Source: an uncultured Erysipelotrichaceae bacterium
GTDB lineage: Bacteria > Bacillota_I > Bacilli_A > RF39 > UBA660
Assembly: GCA_902794075.1 (NCBI GenBank)
Contig: CADBGE010000001.1
Coordinates: 140,603-204,602 of the forward strand
Direction of reading: 5' to 3'
DNA: 64,000 nucleotides
How positions within the stretch are numbered: the first letter of the stretch is position 1; each line of letters starts with the position of its first letter. Under the pieces are notes generated by a model. It saw only the letters and a list, made by a program, of their open reading frames with translations. It was not told the DNA's origin and did no database searches. Position numbers and translations under genes: made by a program. Shown here in pieces: positions 24,921 through 34,960 of the stretch.

Positions 24921-25397
24921 TTAAATATTAACTTTAGTTAAAGTTTTTTCTAATTTGTCAGTTAATTCAAGTTCGCCTCTTGAGAATATGCAAGGAATCA
25001 TGTTTGAACATTTGTGATTAAATAATTTTTTATCAACAATAATTGGCTCAATGGCTTTCAATATTTTGCTATAATCATTATCACCATCAAACACAAATGC
25101 AACAACACTATTTGCCTTATCATTATCGCAAATATTAGCAGCCCAATCAGGCATATATTTAGCACCGTCAATATCAACCGGTTTAAGATCATCTTCAGTC
25201 ATCTTATCAACGTATACTGTCAAGAACATGCAATTATTGTTTTGCGCAGCCTTAAAAACAGGTGTTTTTATTTTTTTAAAATTATCACCAGTAACAATAA
25301 ATGGTTTTCCTGATTTAATCAATTCATCTAAAGAATTATCAGATTCATAAATTCTTACATTTGAACTTGTTTGTAAATATTGTGTTAAACTTTTCAT
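24921..25397 (-). CDS. degenerate AAA-domain paralog of the MoxR-like ATPase, with CTS-like leader
   Basis: KPFIVTGDNFKKIKT...YMPDWAANICDNDKANSVVAFVFDGDND aligns with FFIIGRAGWGKTS...LMPDWAAEMDENKDVDYLLFFDEMNQ. Both Walker A (GKT) and Walker B (DE) are lost. Starts MKSLTQYLQ. Confidence 0.5.
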   Translation of the reverse strand: MKSLTQYLQTSSNVRIYESDNSLDELIKSGKPFIVTGDNFKKIKTPVFKAAQNNNCMFLTVYVDKMTEDDLKPVDIDGAKYMPDWAANICDNDKANSVVAFVFDGDNDYSKILKAIEPIIVDKKLFNHKCSNMIPCIFSRGELELTDKLEKTLTKVNI

Positions 25398-25428
25398 ATT
25401 TTTATTTTAATATTATTTATTTTTTTAT

Positions 25429-27378
25429 TTATTTCTCTTCTAAATCAAATCTTGCCCCTAATGCCTGATTCAGAGCAGCAAATGATCCTGTGAATTTCAT
25501 TCTTCTTCCTTTATACATTATCACAATGCCTTCTGCAACATTAAACTTATCATTAAATTTCTGTAATCTTTGAAGTGATTTCTGTAACTTATCTTTTGCC
25601 TTGTCTGAATTAGATTTCTCAACAGCTTCTACAGTGCTTTCAAGATCCTGTTTAAGAGTGCTTATGACCTTGTCCTTTGTTCCTGAATTAATGAAACCGT
25701 CCAATAAATCTATTAGTTCATTACCGATGCTTAAGAACAAGTTGTCCATAGGTTCCATGATGTTTCCAACTACTTCTTTCTTTATTGATTTTTCAAGTTC
25801 TACAATATCATCTTTATGTTCAGGATAACGCTTCTTAAGTTCTGTTGCCTTTACTGATTTGTCATCATTACAGATTCTATTGAAGATATCATCGTCATTC
25901 TTACACCAGTCTGGAGCAAACTTTTTGAATCTTACATGTTTCCAATCTTCTATTGATTTGTCAGTAGTCAGTCCTTCATCGCTCCACAACTTAGCAATCT
26001 CCTTATTGAACTGTTCAGCAAATTTTATGCCATCCTGTAAAGAACGAATAATTAAGTCTTGGCGAGGTTTTGCAGCATCAATTCCTTCAGCTGCTTTATA
26101 TATTTCATCAACATGTCCTTCTACATCTTCTTGAAGATTCCATTTACCGTTAACTAGTTCATATATCTGATAACCATGAAAAGCAACTTTATCTGTGGCA
26201 TACGGTAATATGTTTGTCTTTCCTGCGACTATACATTCACAGTTTATTACTTTACGGTGCGTACTATCAGGATTAAAGAATGATTTGCCAAGTTTGTTGA
26301 ATATTGTTGTTATGATATCTCCAGATTGCTTGAACACTTTTTTCTGATGTTCTTTTTCTGCCCATTTCTCCATCATATCATCTATTGACATACCGCCAGT
26401 TTCTGAATTAAGATTAGACTTATTTCTAATGAACACAACATCACCTCTGTCATTCATTGTTGCCATTATGTTAAATCCATCAAGTTTCTCTTTCATATGT
26501 TCAACCTTACCAGAGAACAGATCATCAACAAGTTGAATAAGATCATCGGCAGTAAAATCAGTATAGTCAAACGGATGAGCCATGTGTCCTGCCTGCCCGC
26601 CTTCCATAACATATACTTCTTTAGTTTTGTTTATAAGATGTTCAAACACATAATCTCTTAATGACATATGAGATTCTTTAATCAGATTAAGCAGTTTTCC
26701 CTTGAACTCATGAAACGCATCCACAAAGTCATCAAACATAGAATCCACACCCTTTGGCATAATTTTTGAGAAAGCTGCTTTGTCATTATTCAATATTGAC
26801 TTACGAACCGCTGTACCAGAAACTCCATCTGTGCGACCCTTGCCAATGTTTGTCTTAAGTTTACCTTTACATACATTTGGATATTCTTTGCCACCGCGTT
26901 CAACAGCAAGATTATCATACTTATTGATAAGTTCAGAATAATTATCTACTCTATCATCACCGCACATCCAATATTGCGGTTCATATTCATCTTGATGATC
27001 TAATATAAATTTATTGAATCTAGCAAAAGCCTCAAACATATTGACAACAGGAACAACTTCAATAATGTTTTTATTTGACTTCTTTACTATTTCTAATTCT
27101 TTATCAATAAGTTCATTTGTAAACGGACGCTTAAGTAATTCTTTTTGCTGTTCTGTGAGGTCTCCTTCAGGCTTGTCTATATAATCTGCAACTATCTGTA
27201 CTGAATCTTTCTTAATTACTCGTCCTGCTACTTTGAAACCTTTTAATGTATCTGGAACTTTATCGTTTGAGTTTATTCTATATACTATACATGGTGCTTC
27301 GCCTTCATTAATCATGTTAAGATGTCCTTGAGTCATAGGTTGAAATCTTCCAATTGTCATATTTAACTTTTGTTTCAT
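25429..27378 (-). CDS. fusion: NMNAT/cytidylyltransferase-like nucleotidyltransferase + KxDG (RNA/DNA ligase-like) nucleotidyltransferase domain
   Basis: The N-terminus has GRFQPMTQGH (HIGH-type motif of NMNAT/NadR/NadM) and GVSGTAVRKSI (SxTxxR). The middle region has EKLDGFNIMA, like ligase motif I. Confidence 0.55.
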   Translation of the reverse strand: MKQKLNMTIGRFQPMTQGHLNMINEGEAPCIVYRINSNDKVPDTLKGFKVAGRVIKKDSVQIVADYIDKPEGDLTEQQKELLKRPFTNELIDKELEIVKKSNKNIIEVVPVVNMFEAFARFNKFILDHQDEYEPQYWMCGDDRVDNYSELINKYDNLAVERGGKEYPNVCKGKLKTNIGKGRTDGVSGTAVRKSILNNDKAAFSKIMPKGVDSMFDDFVDAFHEFKGKLLNLIKESHMSLRDYVFEHLINKTKEVYVMEGGQAGHMAHPFDYTDFTADDLIQLVDDLFSGKVEHMKEKLDGFNIMATMNDRGDVVFIRNKSNLNSETGGMSIDDMMEKWAEKEHQKKVFKQSGDIITTIFNKLGKSFFNPDSTHRKVINCECIVAGKTNILPYATDKVAFHGYQIYELVNGKWNLQEDVEGHVDEIYKAAEGIDAAKPRQDLIIRSLQDGIKFAEQFNKEIAKLWSDEGLTTDKSIEDWKHVRFKKFAPDWCKNDDDIFNRICNDDKSVKATELKKRYPEHKDDIVELEKSIKKEVVGNIMEPMDNLFLSIGNELIDLLDGFINSGTKDKVISTLKQDLESTVEAVEKSNSDKAKDKLQKSLQRLQKFNDKFNVAEGIVIMYKGRRMKFTGSFAALNQALGARFDLEEK

Positions 27379-27389
27379 AAGTCATTATG

Positions 27390-28961
27390 TTAATGTATTA
27401 TTATAAACGGTAAACAGTTTGGACCACACTTGATAGCACTTGTTATCATATCATTTAGTATATTTGTTAATTCATTATTTGGTAAATCACACATTTTAGA
27501 AAAAGCACTCTTATAAATTTTAATATCTGATGAATTTGGTGAAATTTTATATTCTTTTTCATCTATAAATTGTTTTAAAATATCGTTCCATACTTTTACT
27601 GGGCATTTTCCAAGTGATGGACCGGTAGTATATGATTTGTTATCATTTCGTTTGCATTGTGCAACATCGCATGCAATTTTATTTCCATTAGTTCTTAAAC
27701 ATATTTTATATCTGTATAAAATATCTGTTTTTATTTCTTGTTGTTCATCAGGTATGTTCATGCTCTCACTTGCAATAATATGTGAATTATTCTCCTTATT
27801 TTCAATTTTACCCTTTACTATACAAAAAACGGTCTTGTCAGCTTCATGATATTTAAAGTTTCCTGCTTCTTCTAATGAATTAAAAATAAATTTTGTATTT
27901 TCTGTTATATTAAATTTATCGATCTTATAACCACCAGAAAGTTTTTTAAGTGAAATTCCTTTAAAGAATATATTGTTTATATGTTCATTATCTGTAACAT
28001 CAACATTATATAACTTTAAAAATTCTTTCTTAAAATTAGCATAATCAGCATTATGATTATCAGTATCTACAGGAGTATCTTTTATATGATTTAATGAATT
28101 TTTTAAAATATTACTAATATCATTTTCATTATCTATGTTAAACAATATAACATCAGTCGGGTCTAATGAATCCTTTTGCATATAAAGTTTTGAAGAATAT
28201 GAAGATATTACAGATGAATACAATTTTGATAAATTCCAATCATCATAATTTTTATCACCTCCATATCTTTCCATTTTTAATTTTTTAAAATTTGAAATGT
28301 TATTTTCTTCTTTTATAATATTAGATATTGCTTGCATTTGATACATAAATGATCTAACCCAAGAATTATCATATTTATTTGATATTAAAGATATTATTGA
28401 TTTTATTCTTGAAATATTTTCTTTATTATTAGTTTCATTTACTAAATTGTCAAATTCATCTAAAGATTTTAATTCTCCAACCAATGTATTAAACAAAACA
28501 CATGTCGTTACTTCTTGATCCCGTGTTGTTACTTTTACACCACTAAAAGGCAACTTATCTAATCTATAGAAAAATTTACCTGACAATTTTTTTAATTGTT
28601 CGTATTTATCGTTTAATGAATTTTTCAATATATTACTTATATCATCAATTGTGTATTTTGAAAAATCAATATCTAATGCGCTTTTAGGATTATTAAAAGC
28701 CTTTAAAATTTGTTCTTTATTAAAATCATTAGAAGTTAAAGTAATACTATTTTCTACTGTTGACCTTGCAATTTTTGCAGATTTATTACTCATATGTTCA
28801 AGCGTACATACATTTAAAGTTAAATCTTCAATTTCTCCCAATAAATATTGAAATAATTTTTTAACATATTTATAATCACCACGATGACTATAATCTTTTG
28901 CTTGAAAAAATCCTTCATTAATAAACAATTTTTTAAATGCGTAATCCTTTAAAGATATCAT
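27390..28961 (-). CDS. hypothetical protein, weak CTS-like leader (MISLKDYAFKKLFINEG)
   Basis: Intact 523-aa ORF with the promoter-like motif and a terminator upstream. No enzymatic motif recognised. Confidence 0.5.
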   Translation of the reverse strand: MISLKDYAFKKLFINEGFFQAKDYSHRGDYKYVKKLFQYLLGEIEDLTLNVCTLEHMSNKSAKIARSTVENSITLTSNDFNKEQILKAFNNPKSALDIDFSKYTIDDISNILKNSLNDKYEQLKKLSGKFFYRLDKLPFSGVKVTTRDQEVTTCVLFNTLVGELKSLDEFDNLVNETNNKENISRIKSIISLISNKYDNSWVRSFMYQMQAISNIIKEENNISNFKKLKMERYGGDKNYDDWNLSKLYSSVISSYSSKLYMQKDSLDPTDVILFNIDNENDISNILKNSLNHIKDTPVDTDNHNADYANFKKEFLKLYNVDVTDNEHINNIFFKGISLKKLSGGYKIDKFNITENTKFIFNSLEEAGNFKYHEADKTVFCIVKGKIENKENNSHIIASESMNIPDEQQEIKTDILYRYKICLRTNGNKIACDVAQCKRNDNKSYTTGPSLGKCPVKVWNDILKQFIDEKEYKISPNSSDIKIYKSAFSKMCDLPNNELTNILNDMITSAIKCGPNCLPFIIIH

Positions 28962-28977
28962 AAGTTTTCTTCAAAAA

Positions 28978-28993
28978 TTATATATATAAAAAT
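28978..28993 (-). promoter_or_regulatory. conserved intergenic motif, putative promoter
   Basis: ttatatatataaaaat lies 17 nt upstream of the ATG at 28961, with terminator hairpins just upstream. Confidence 0.4.
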
Positions 28994-29025
28994 AAATTTA
29001 TAGTTCATAACTATAAATGACAAAA

Positions 29026-29063
29026 TACAAAAATGAACTTAATACCATAGTACCAAGTTCATT
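29026..29063 (-). terminator. intrinsic terminator
   Basis: 9-bp stem aatgaactt / aagttcatt, followed by ttttgtatttt on the minus strand. Confidence 0.55.
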
Positions 29064-29088
29064 CATTATACTTATATAGAAAATCAAT

Positions 29089-29655
29089 TTATTTCACACC
29101 AACGATGACTTTACCTGATGTTTTAAGATTTTTAAATTTTCTAACAATAATGTCTTTTATCATTATATTATTCTTTGCGACACCAGCTTCAACAAGTATG
29201 AATAACGCATCAGGACCAATTTGTGATTTTTGATTTTTTGAAATATTAATTCCAGATGTTTCAAACTTATGGAATGATTTTATTTCAAAACACATGTCTC
29301 CCAATTCCCAATCATAGTTTTTATATGTTCCATTATCTAAATCATGGATATCATTAACAAACTGACCATCAGTCTCAAAATAATCTTCATTGTTTACTTT
29401 TGTTTCTAATAGATGAATTAAGTATTTTTCTAACAATATTCCTGCAGCAGAATAAATGTCATGTATTGATTCATTATCCTCTTCAGTATTTGTTAAGAAA
29501 TTGATCTCAGAATTATCAACAGAAACTGTTAATGTATTGTTTTTTCCAACTAATGTTAAAATTTTGTTAGTTAGCATTTTTTCTAAATCATCCATTTTAT
29601 CATGTAAATTATTTGTGAATGATTCATTTATCATGTATTCTTTTAAACTTTTCAT
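29089..29655 (-). CDS. hypothetical protein with CTS-like leader (MKSLKEYMINES); possible PD-(D/E)XK fold
   Basis: YDWELGDMCFEIKS could be a D...ExK core. This is weak. Confidence 0.4.
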   Translation of the reverse strand: MKSLKEYMINESFTNNLHDKMDDLEKMLTNKILTLVGKNNTLTVSVDNSEINFLTNTEEDNESIHDIYSAAGILLEKYLIHLLETKVNNEDYFETDGQFVNDIHDLDNGTYKNYDWELGDMCFEIKSFHKFETSGINISKNQKSQIGPDALFILVEAGVAKNNIMIKDIIVRKFKNLKTSGKVIVGVK

Positions 29656-29677
29656 ATCTTTTATTATTATTTTTTAA

Positions 29678-29866
29678 TTAATGTTTTACTTTTTCTAAAG
29701 CCTCCCTAACTTTAGCACAATAATCTTTTACATCCTGAGGAACACCAGGCTTATTGTCATATTTTCTTAATACATTTAAAATAGCATCATGCACATTCAT
29801 CCATGACATACGTGCTTCATCTATTTCATTGTTTTCGTTATTTATAAAATTTATTAAACTTTTCAT
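29678..29866 (-). CDS. hypothetical small protein with CTS-like leader (MKSLINFINNENNEIDEA)
   Basis: 62-aa ORF in an operon of leader-bearing genes. Confidence 0.5.
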   Translation of the reverse strand: MKSLINFINNENNEIDEARMSWMNVHDAILNVLRKYDNKPGVPQDVKDYCAKVREALEKVKH

Positions 29867-29892
29867 GATTTATTATATATTATTTTATTTTC

Positions 29893-30540
29893 TTATTCCT
29901 CCCATGCTTTTATTACTCTAAGATTAGGAATTCTTAAATTTCTTGCAGCAGTAACATTTTTTGTATCATCATCAACAAATACGACTTTATCATATTTTTT
30001 ACATAGATACTTAAGAACATTTGCTTTTCTTTCTGAATCACTTTTTCCAGGATAATTCTTTTGGTCATCATTTATTGCATGACTTAACGTTTTCTTAAAT
30101 GTGTCTCCAAGTTTTCTTAATGATTTATCGTTACGATTTCTAACTCTTAAGAAATCATCAAGAGCTGTCTTAATAGTTTCCTCACAACCTCGAGCAGTCA
30201 AGAAACAGAAATCATAGCCTGCTTCTATATAATCATCCATAATTCTTAAGTTCTTAATTAATGGTGTACCTGCCATTATACTTTGATAAACCTTTATTGG
30301 ATCTCTGAAGTCTCTAAAATCAAACCATGATTTTTTATTTGGATCTGCTGCATCAGGATCTTTAGCAAATTCTTCTGTTGACAATACTTTTTCTGATTTG
30401 CCTGGTTCATTCTTATATACAGACATTAACTTTGGATCAACTTTAAGAATAGTATCATCAATATCAAATACAATTAATCCTGTTGTATTATTTGGTAATG
30501 GCCTTATTCGCTCTAAAATATATTGAACTAAACTTTTCAT
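29893..30540 (-). CDS. HAD-superfamily phosphatase with CTS-like leader
   Basis: Motif I is LIVFDIDDTIL (DxDxT), motif II is CFLTARG, and motif IV is VVFVDDD. Starts MKSLVQYILER. Confidence 0.7.
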   Translation of the reverse strand: MKSLVQYILERIRPLPNNTTGLIVFDIDDTILKVDPKLMSVYKNEPGKSEKVLSTEEFAKDPDAADPNKKSWFDFRDFRDPIKVYQSIMAGTPLIKNLRIMDDYIEAGYDFCFLTARGCEETIKTALDDFLRVRNRNDKSLRKLGDTFKKTLSHAINDDQKNYPGKSDSERKANVLKYLCKKYDKVVFVDDDTKNVTAARNLRIPNLRVIKAWEE

Positions 30541-33500
30541 CTATTTCTATTTTCTAATATATATTGAGATAGTGACTTTGGTTTTATTAGCAGTACAACA
30601 TCATTATCATCATATGATTCTTTTATTTTTCTATCTTTCTTTACTTTATTGTAAATCAAATTTGCTATTTTTTCTAATTCTTTTTCTGTATATTTATGTT
30701 TTGCGGATACATAATCCTTACTAGTACTAAAGAAATTCTTTATTGCGCTCCAAATTTTTCCAAAGAATCCTTTATGAGATTTTTCCTTATGTTTACTTAA
30801 TTGATATTCTGATAACATATCATTTGTTCTATTCCATTCTTTCTCATTAAGATTTCCATTGTCATCAATAAGATCTGGATTTATTTGTTCTAATTCATCT
30901 TGGAGTTCTTTATCATTCTTAACTGTATCTGAATTTGTTTTTTGTAATTGTTCTAATTGTTTCTTTTCATCAGGTGTTTCAGCTGCAGAAACTTTGGTGC
31001 CATTTTTTATCATTTTTACAGCATTTTTATCATTTTTCAATATATCTGCTGCTTCCGCATTAGTTAAGTTTGCAAGCTCTGGACGTTCTTTATCATTTTC
31101 AGCATTATCATCCAATTCATTCTTTTCATTGCATGGTTTATATGACAATACATTATATAATTCAATAATTTGTTCACTAAATATTTTTCCAAACATTTTT
31201 GAAAGATTATCTTCTGATGTTCCTCCTTCAATTGTAATTATTTCACATGTATTAAATAATCCTTTCATTGAGTATGGATCTTTACGTGGACCTGATTTAT
31301 CAGCATTTGCAAGATCTTTCCCATAACCATATATTAAAAGCATTATTGGTTTTACTTTTCCATCATCTTCTGATTCTTTTCCATTATCATCATTTTTATC
31401 GTTTGAATTATCTGACGAATTGCCGTTATCTTTACCCTCTATTTTATCATCAGAAGTTTGTTCTTCTGTTTCTACATCATTAGCGACTGGCTTAATAAGT
31501 AACATTTCTTTATCTTCGTCAGATATATTACTTTGTTTTATTTTATTTTCAAGATCTTTTTCTGATGATTCTTCAGGTTTCTTTTCGTCTGTTTTCTTAA
31601 CAAAATCTTCTTTGTCTTTATCGGTTATTTTGAATTTCTTTCTAAGTTTAAGATCTTTTATAATGCCAGTATGTTCAAAATAACTATCTATTTTTTCAAG
31701 TAAATCAATGATTTTGTTATATTCTGCCTTACAATAATTATCTACATCATTTTTATTTAATGCATCACTATTTTCAGCGTTTTTCTTTTTATCCTTTAAT
31801 GCACCTACTAAATCATTGATATAAAAGAATAAATTATATACATCTTCATAAACACCAGATTTTTTAGATATTTTTCCATCCCATACAACATTATAATAAA
31901 ATCTTGATATTAATTCAATAGCTGTTATTGGATACTTTTTATCTTCTTCATTTCTATCCTTATTCAGCATTTTTAATTCTTTATTTGCAGCTGCATCACC
32001 GGAAAATATTTTATTAAATGCATCAACATAAAAATGAATTCTATTGGAATCCCAATCTTTTAATTTTTTAGACTGTCCAGAGCCGTTCTTACCACCTAAT
32101 CCATACGGGCCCGCCTCTTTTTGTACCCAATGATATATTTTATTTATTTCTTCTGCTAAATTATCAAATGTTACACCTTCCATGATTAAATAATCATGAA
32201 GACTTGTATATGATTCATTAGTTTCTTCATCAACCTTCTTACCATATATTAATATGCATTCACCATTATCGATTTCTTTTTCAAAATGTTCTTTAAATTC
32301 TTTTAATTTATCTTTAATTTCTTTTTCATCTATATTGTCATCTTTCTTTGAACCTTCAAGAATTTGTTTCATGTATTCAACATTATTATCAACAATCGTC
32401 TTTTTAATATTTTCATAATCTTTAGTATGATCAGATTTTTTAACGACTCTTACATCATCTTTGCCCACATCATATACATAATTTTTCGAACCCTTTTCAC
32501 CAAGACGTATTCTGAAGCCACCATTATTTTCTGGAGCAAGCTCGACACTTGGAATTGTGACCAACATTGATGTTGCTGCTTGAGCTATATCTTGAATAAC
32601 CGTTGTTTGTGATACGTTATTAATAACAGATCCAACTATACCAAACATATTTTTATTTCCTAAACAACCAGCATCAGACAGTGCTTTTAATAGTTTTCCT
32701 GGCATTCTAAAACCAGTTACAGAACCCTGACCACTAAATATTGCATTAAGTCCCTTATTAAGTCCACGTTCTGGATTTAAGTATTTTTCCATACCCATTT
32801 CTTTTGCAATGGCAATTGCTTTATCGCTCCATGCGTTTCCTCCAGAACCCCCCTTTAAGAAGCCATCAGCAACAACATCATACACGCCGTCATCCGATAC
32901 TTCACTTGGATCCATAAACATTGATTTTGCTTTGTTCCAAAAATCTATAGGCCTTTTGAATTGTCCTTTCTCAAAATTGTTTTTAATGAATTCTGCACCC
33001 TCCTGTCCTTTTTTGACAGTATTTGTTACTGTTTTTGTTACCTTTTCAAATACGTGTTGATTAAATGATTCAGAAATTGCATCATATGAAGCTTTGAAAT
33101 CATCCATACTGAATTTACCTTCCTTAAGCATAGTTATTACAGCAGCAAATCCTCGTTGAAGAGCATCTGGTTGTATACCTAAATTTGCCTTCGATAATAC
33201 ATCAAAACCTGATTTTTGTAATCCTTCAAGTACTGGTCCAAGATTATCGAATAATGATTTAAAGTTAAAGAATAAAGCAACAAGTGAACCAACCATACTA
33301 AGAACAGTAATCCATTTTTGTAATTTACCGTATGTCTTCCATTCAGATTTGACCTTTTTAAATTGTTTCCAAAGTTTTACAATTTTATATCCATTCCATG
33401 CTAATTTGCATACAAGCGGAACAAGTAATGCAATAAATGTTCCAGGAAATGCTGCAATTACAACACCAGGAATTGCTACACATACGGTTGCCCATATTGC

Positions 33501-34292
33501 TAATTGTTTGAACGCATCCCAAAGTGCTTTTTTCCACCCCCCTTTATCTTTTTCTGTTTGATTTACTGCAGTTCCTTCTTTATTTTCTTCGTCCTCAACA
33601 ATTAAATCATTATTTTTAAGATCATTTGCCCATGATTCATATATTTTAAATTTTTCAATTGGTTTCGGATTTTTCTTTATTATTTCAGCTACTTTTATAG
33701 AAGTATCATTCCATGATGTCTCTAATTTATCAATGTTAAATATTCCTATTTTTTCAAACAATCCTTTAATGGTACAATCAAATTTTTCAAGTAATGACAT
33801 TAATTTTTCTGTCATATCTTTTACTGATTTAATTGCATCATTTGCCAATTGAGATAAAAATTCCTTTATTTCTTTAATTTTTATCTTTAATGAATCAATC
33901 TGTTTAGCAACCCAAGATTTACCTTTATCTAAGGCTGTATTAATTACTTCTTTAGATTTTTTAAATATATCTCCAAGGCCCTCATTTATGTATTCGTCTA
34001 AAGTATCATTATAAAAATGCTCATATATAGTTAATTCATTTGTTAATGAATCAATGTATTCTTCACAAACAAATTGTAATAAATTATTTGCTGAAACTTG
34101 TTCAGATAACGAAAATGATTCATCATATATACTTTCATTTACTAATTTATTATTTATATTACTTGTATATAATGAATATTTATATAAAATACTATCTATA
34201 TCAGATGCATGTTCCAATAAAAAATTACTAGCATCTATTTTTTGAGATTTTTGCGATAACGTATTTATTTTTATGTATTCTGAAAGATTCAT
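30537..34292 (-). CDS. very large (1251 aa) hypothetical protein with internal transmembrane helices and K/E/D-rich tracts
   Basis: Hydrophobic segments are LAIWATVCVAIPGVVIAAFPGTFIALLVPLVC and WITVLSMVGSLVALFFNF. The N-terminus MNLSEYIKI weakly resembles the leader. Possibly a virion internal or ejected protein, or a tape-measure-like protein. Confidence 0.4.
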   Translation of the reverse strand: MNLSEYIKINTLSQKSQKIDASNFLLEHASDIDSILYKYSLYTSNINNKLVNESIYDESFSLSEQVSANNLLQFVCEEYIDSLTNELTIYEHFYNDTLDEYINEGLGDIFKKSKEVINTALDKGKSWVAKQIDSLKIKIKEIKEFLSQLANDAIKSVKDMTEKLMSLLEKFDCTIKGLFEKIGIFNIDKLETSWNDTSIKVAEIIKKNPKPIEKFKIYESWANDLKNNDLIVEDEENKEGTAVNQTEKDKGGWKKALWDAFKQLAIWATVCVAIPGVVIAAFPGTFIALLVPLVCKLAWNGYKIVKLWKQFKKVKSEWKTYGKLQKWITVLSMVGSLVALFFNFKSLFDNLGPVLEGLQKSGFDVLSKANLGIQPDALQRGFAAVITMLKEGKFSMDDFKASYDAISESFNQHVFEKVTKTVTNTVKKGQEGAEFIKNNFEKGQFKRPIDFWNKAKSMFMDPSEVSDDGVYDVVADGFLKGGSGGNAWSDKAIAIAKEMGMEKYLNPERGLNKGLNAIFSGQGSVTGFRMPGKLLKALSDAGCLGNKNMFGIVGSVINNVSQTTVIQDIAQAATSMLVTIPSVELAPENNGGFRIRLGEKGSKNYVYDVGKDDVRVVKKSDHTKDYENIKKTIVDNNVEYMKQILEGSKKDDNIDEKEIKDKLKEFKEHFEKEIDNGECILIYGKKVDEETNESYTSLHDYLIMEGVTFDNLAEEINKIYHWVQKEAGPYGLGGKNGSGQSKKLKDWDSNRIHFYVDAFNKIFSGDAAANKELKMLNKDRNEEDKKYPITAIELISRFYYNVVWDGKISKKSGVYEDVYNLFFYINDLVGALKDKKKNAENSDALNKNDVDNYCKAEYNKIIDLLEKIDSYFEHTGIIKDLKLRKKFKITDKDKEDFVKKTDEKKPEESSEKDLENKIKQSNISDEDKEMLLIKPVANDVETEEQTSDDKIEGKDNGNSSDNSNDKNDDNGKESEDDGKVKPIMLLIYGYGKDLANADKSGPRKDPYSMKGLFNTCEIITIEGGTSEDNLSKMFGKIFSEQIIELYNVLSYKPCNEKNELDDNAENDKERPELANLTNAEAADILKNDKNAVKMIKNGTKVSAAETPDEKKQLEQLQKTNSDTVKNDKELQDELEQINPDLIDDNGNLNEKEWNRTNDMLSEYQLSKHKEKSHKGFFGKIWSAIKNFFSTSKDYVSAKHKYTEKELEKIANLIYNKVKKDRKIKESYDDNDVVLLIKPKSLSQYILENRNR

Positions 34293-34317
34293 ACTTTTCT
34301 GTTTGTTTTTTTAATTA

Positions 34318-34333
34318 CATTATATATAAAAAT
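34318..34333 (-). promoter_or_regulatory. conserved intergenic motif, putative promoter of the 1251-aa gene
   Basis: cattatatataaaaat follows terminator 34347..34381. Confidence 0.45.
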
Positions 34334-34346
34334 ATTTTTCTATTTA

Positions 34347-34381
34347 CGAAAAAATATGCAATCGTTTCACAACGACTGCAT
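34347..34381 (-). terminator. intrinsic terminator
   Basis: 11-bp stem atgcaatcgtt / aacgactgcat (one mismatch), followed by attttttcg on the minus strand. Confidence 0.6.
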
Positions 34382-34404
34382 ACGCAAAATTATTTTTTAT
34401 CTTT

Positions 34405-34929
34405 TTACACTACGTTTTCAAAAAACCCATTTATATCAAATTTTCCCTTATGTAAATTCATATCAGCAAATTTTTCTAAAATGTTCTTTTTTCCTACAAT
34501 AAACTTTGACAAATTTCGTCCCGAAATTGGTTTTTCGCATTCTTTTAAATATTCATTAATCAATTCTGCGGTTTCTACACTATCATTAGTTCCACTTATA
34601 TAATAATTACCCCAACTTTTACAAATAATGTCTCCTGATTCGTCAATTGCAATGCTTGCCTTATTTCTGGGTTTTCTTAATATCTTTACCTTTTCGTCAT
34701 TCGTTAGTTCATTTATGATAGTTTTTGTTACATCAACAATTTTTACTTCTTCCTTTTTAATTACTTCTAAAAGTGGATCTACCGCGTCTTCATTATCTTT
34801 ATTCTTTTCGCCTTTTTCTTCCTTTTTTACGTATCCTGTAATATCCGACAATTCTTCATTTATTGCGTCCAAAAATTCCTTTGAAGAAAGATCTTCATCA
34901 GTAAATATGTTGTCAAGATATTCGGCCAT
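34405..34929 (-). CDS. hypothetical protein
   Basis: Intact 174-aa ORF with an acidic N-terminal half. A terminator lies downstream. Confidence 0.45.
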   Translation of the reverse strand: MAEYLDNIFTDEDLSSKEFLDAINEELSDITGYVKKEEKGEKNKDNEDAVDPLLEVIKKEEVKIVDVTKTIINELTNDEKVKILRKPRNKASIAIDESGDIICKSWGNYYISGTNDSVETAELINEYLKECEKPISGRNLSKFIVGKKNILEKFADMNLHKGKFDINGFFENVV

Positions 34930-34960
34930 TGTTTATTTTTTATTCAACAATAATAATATA

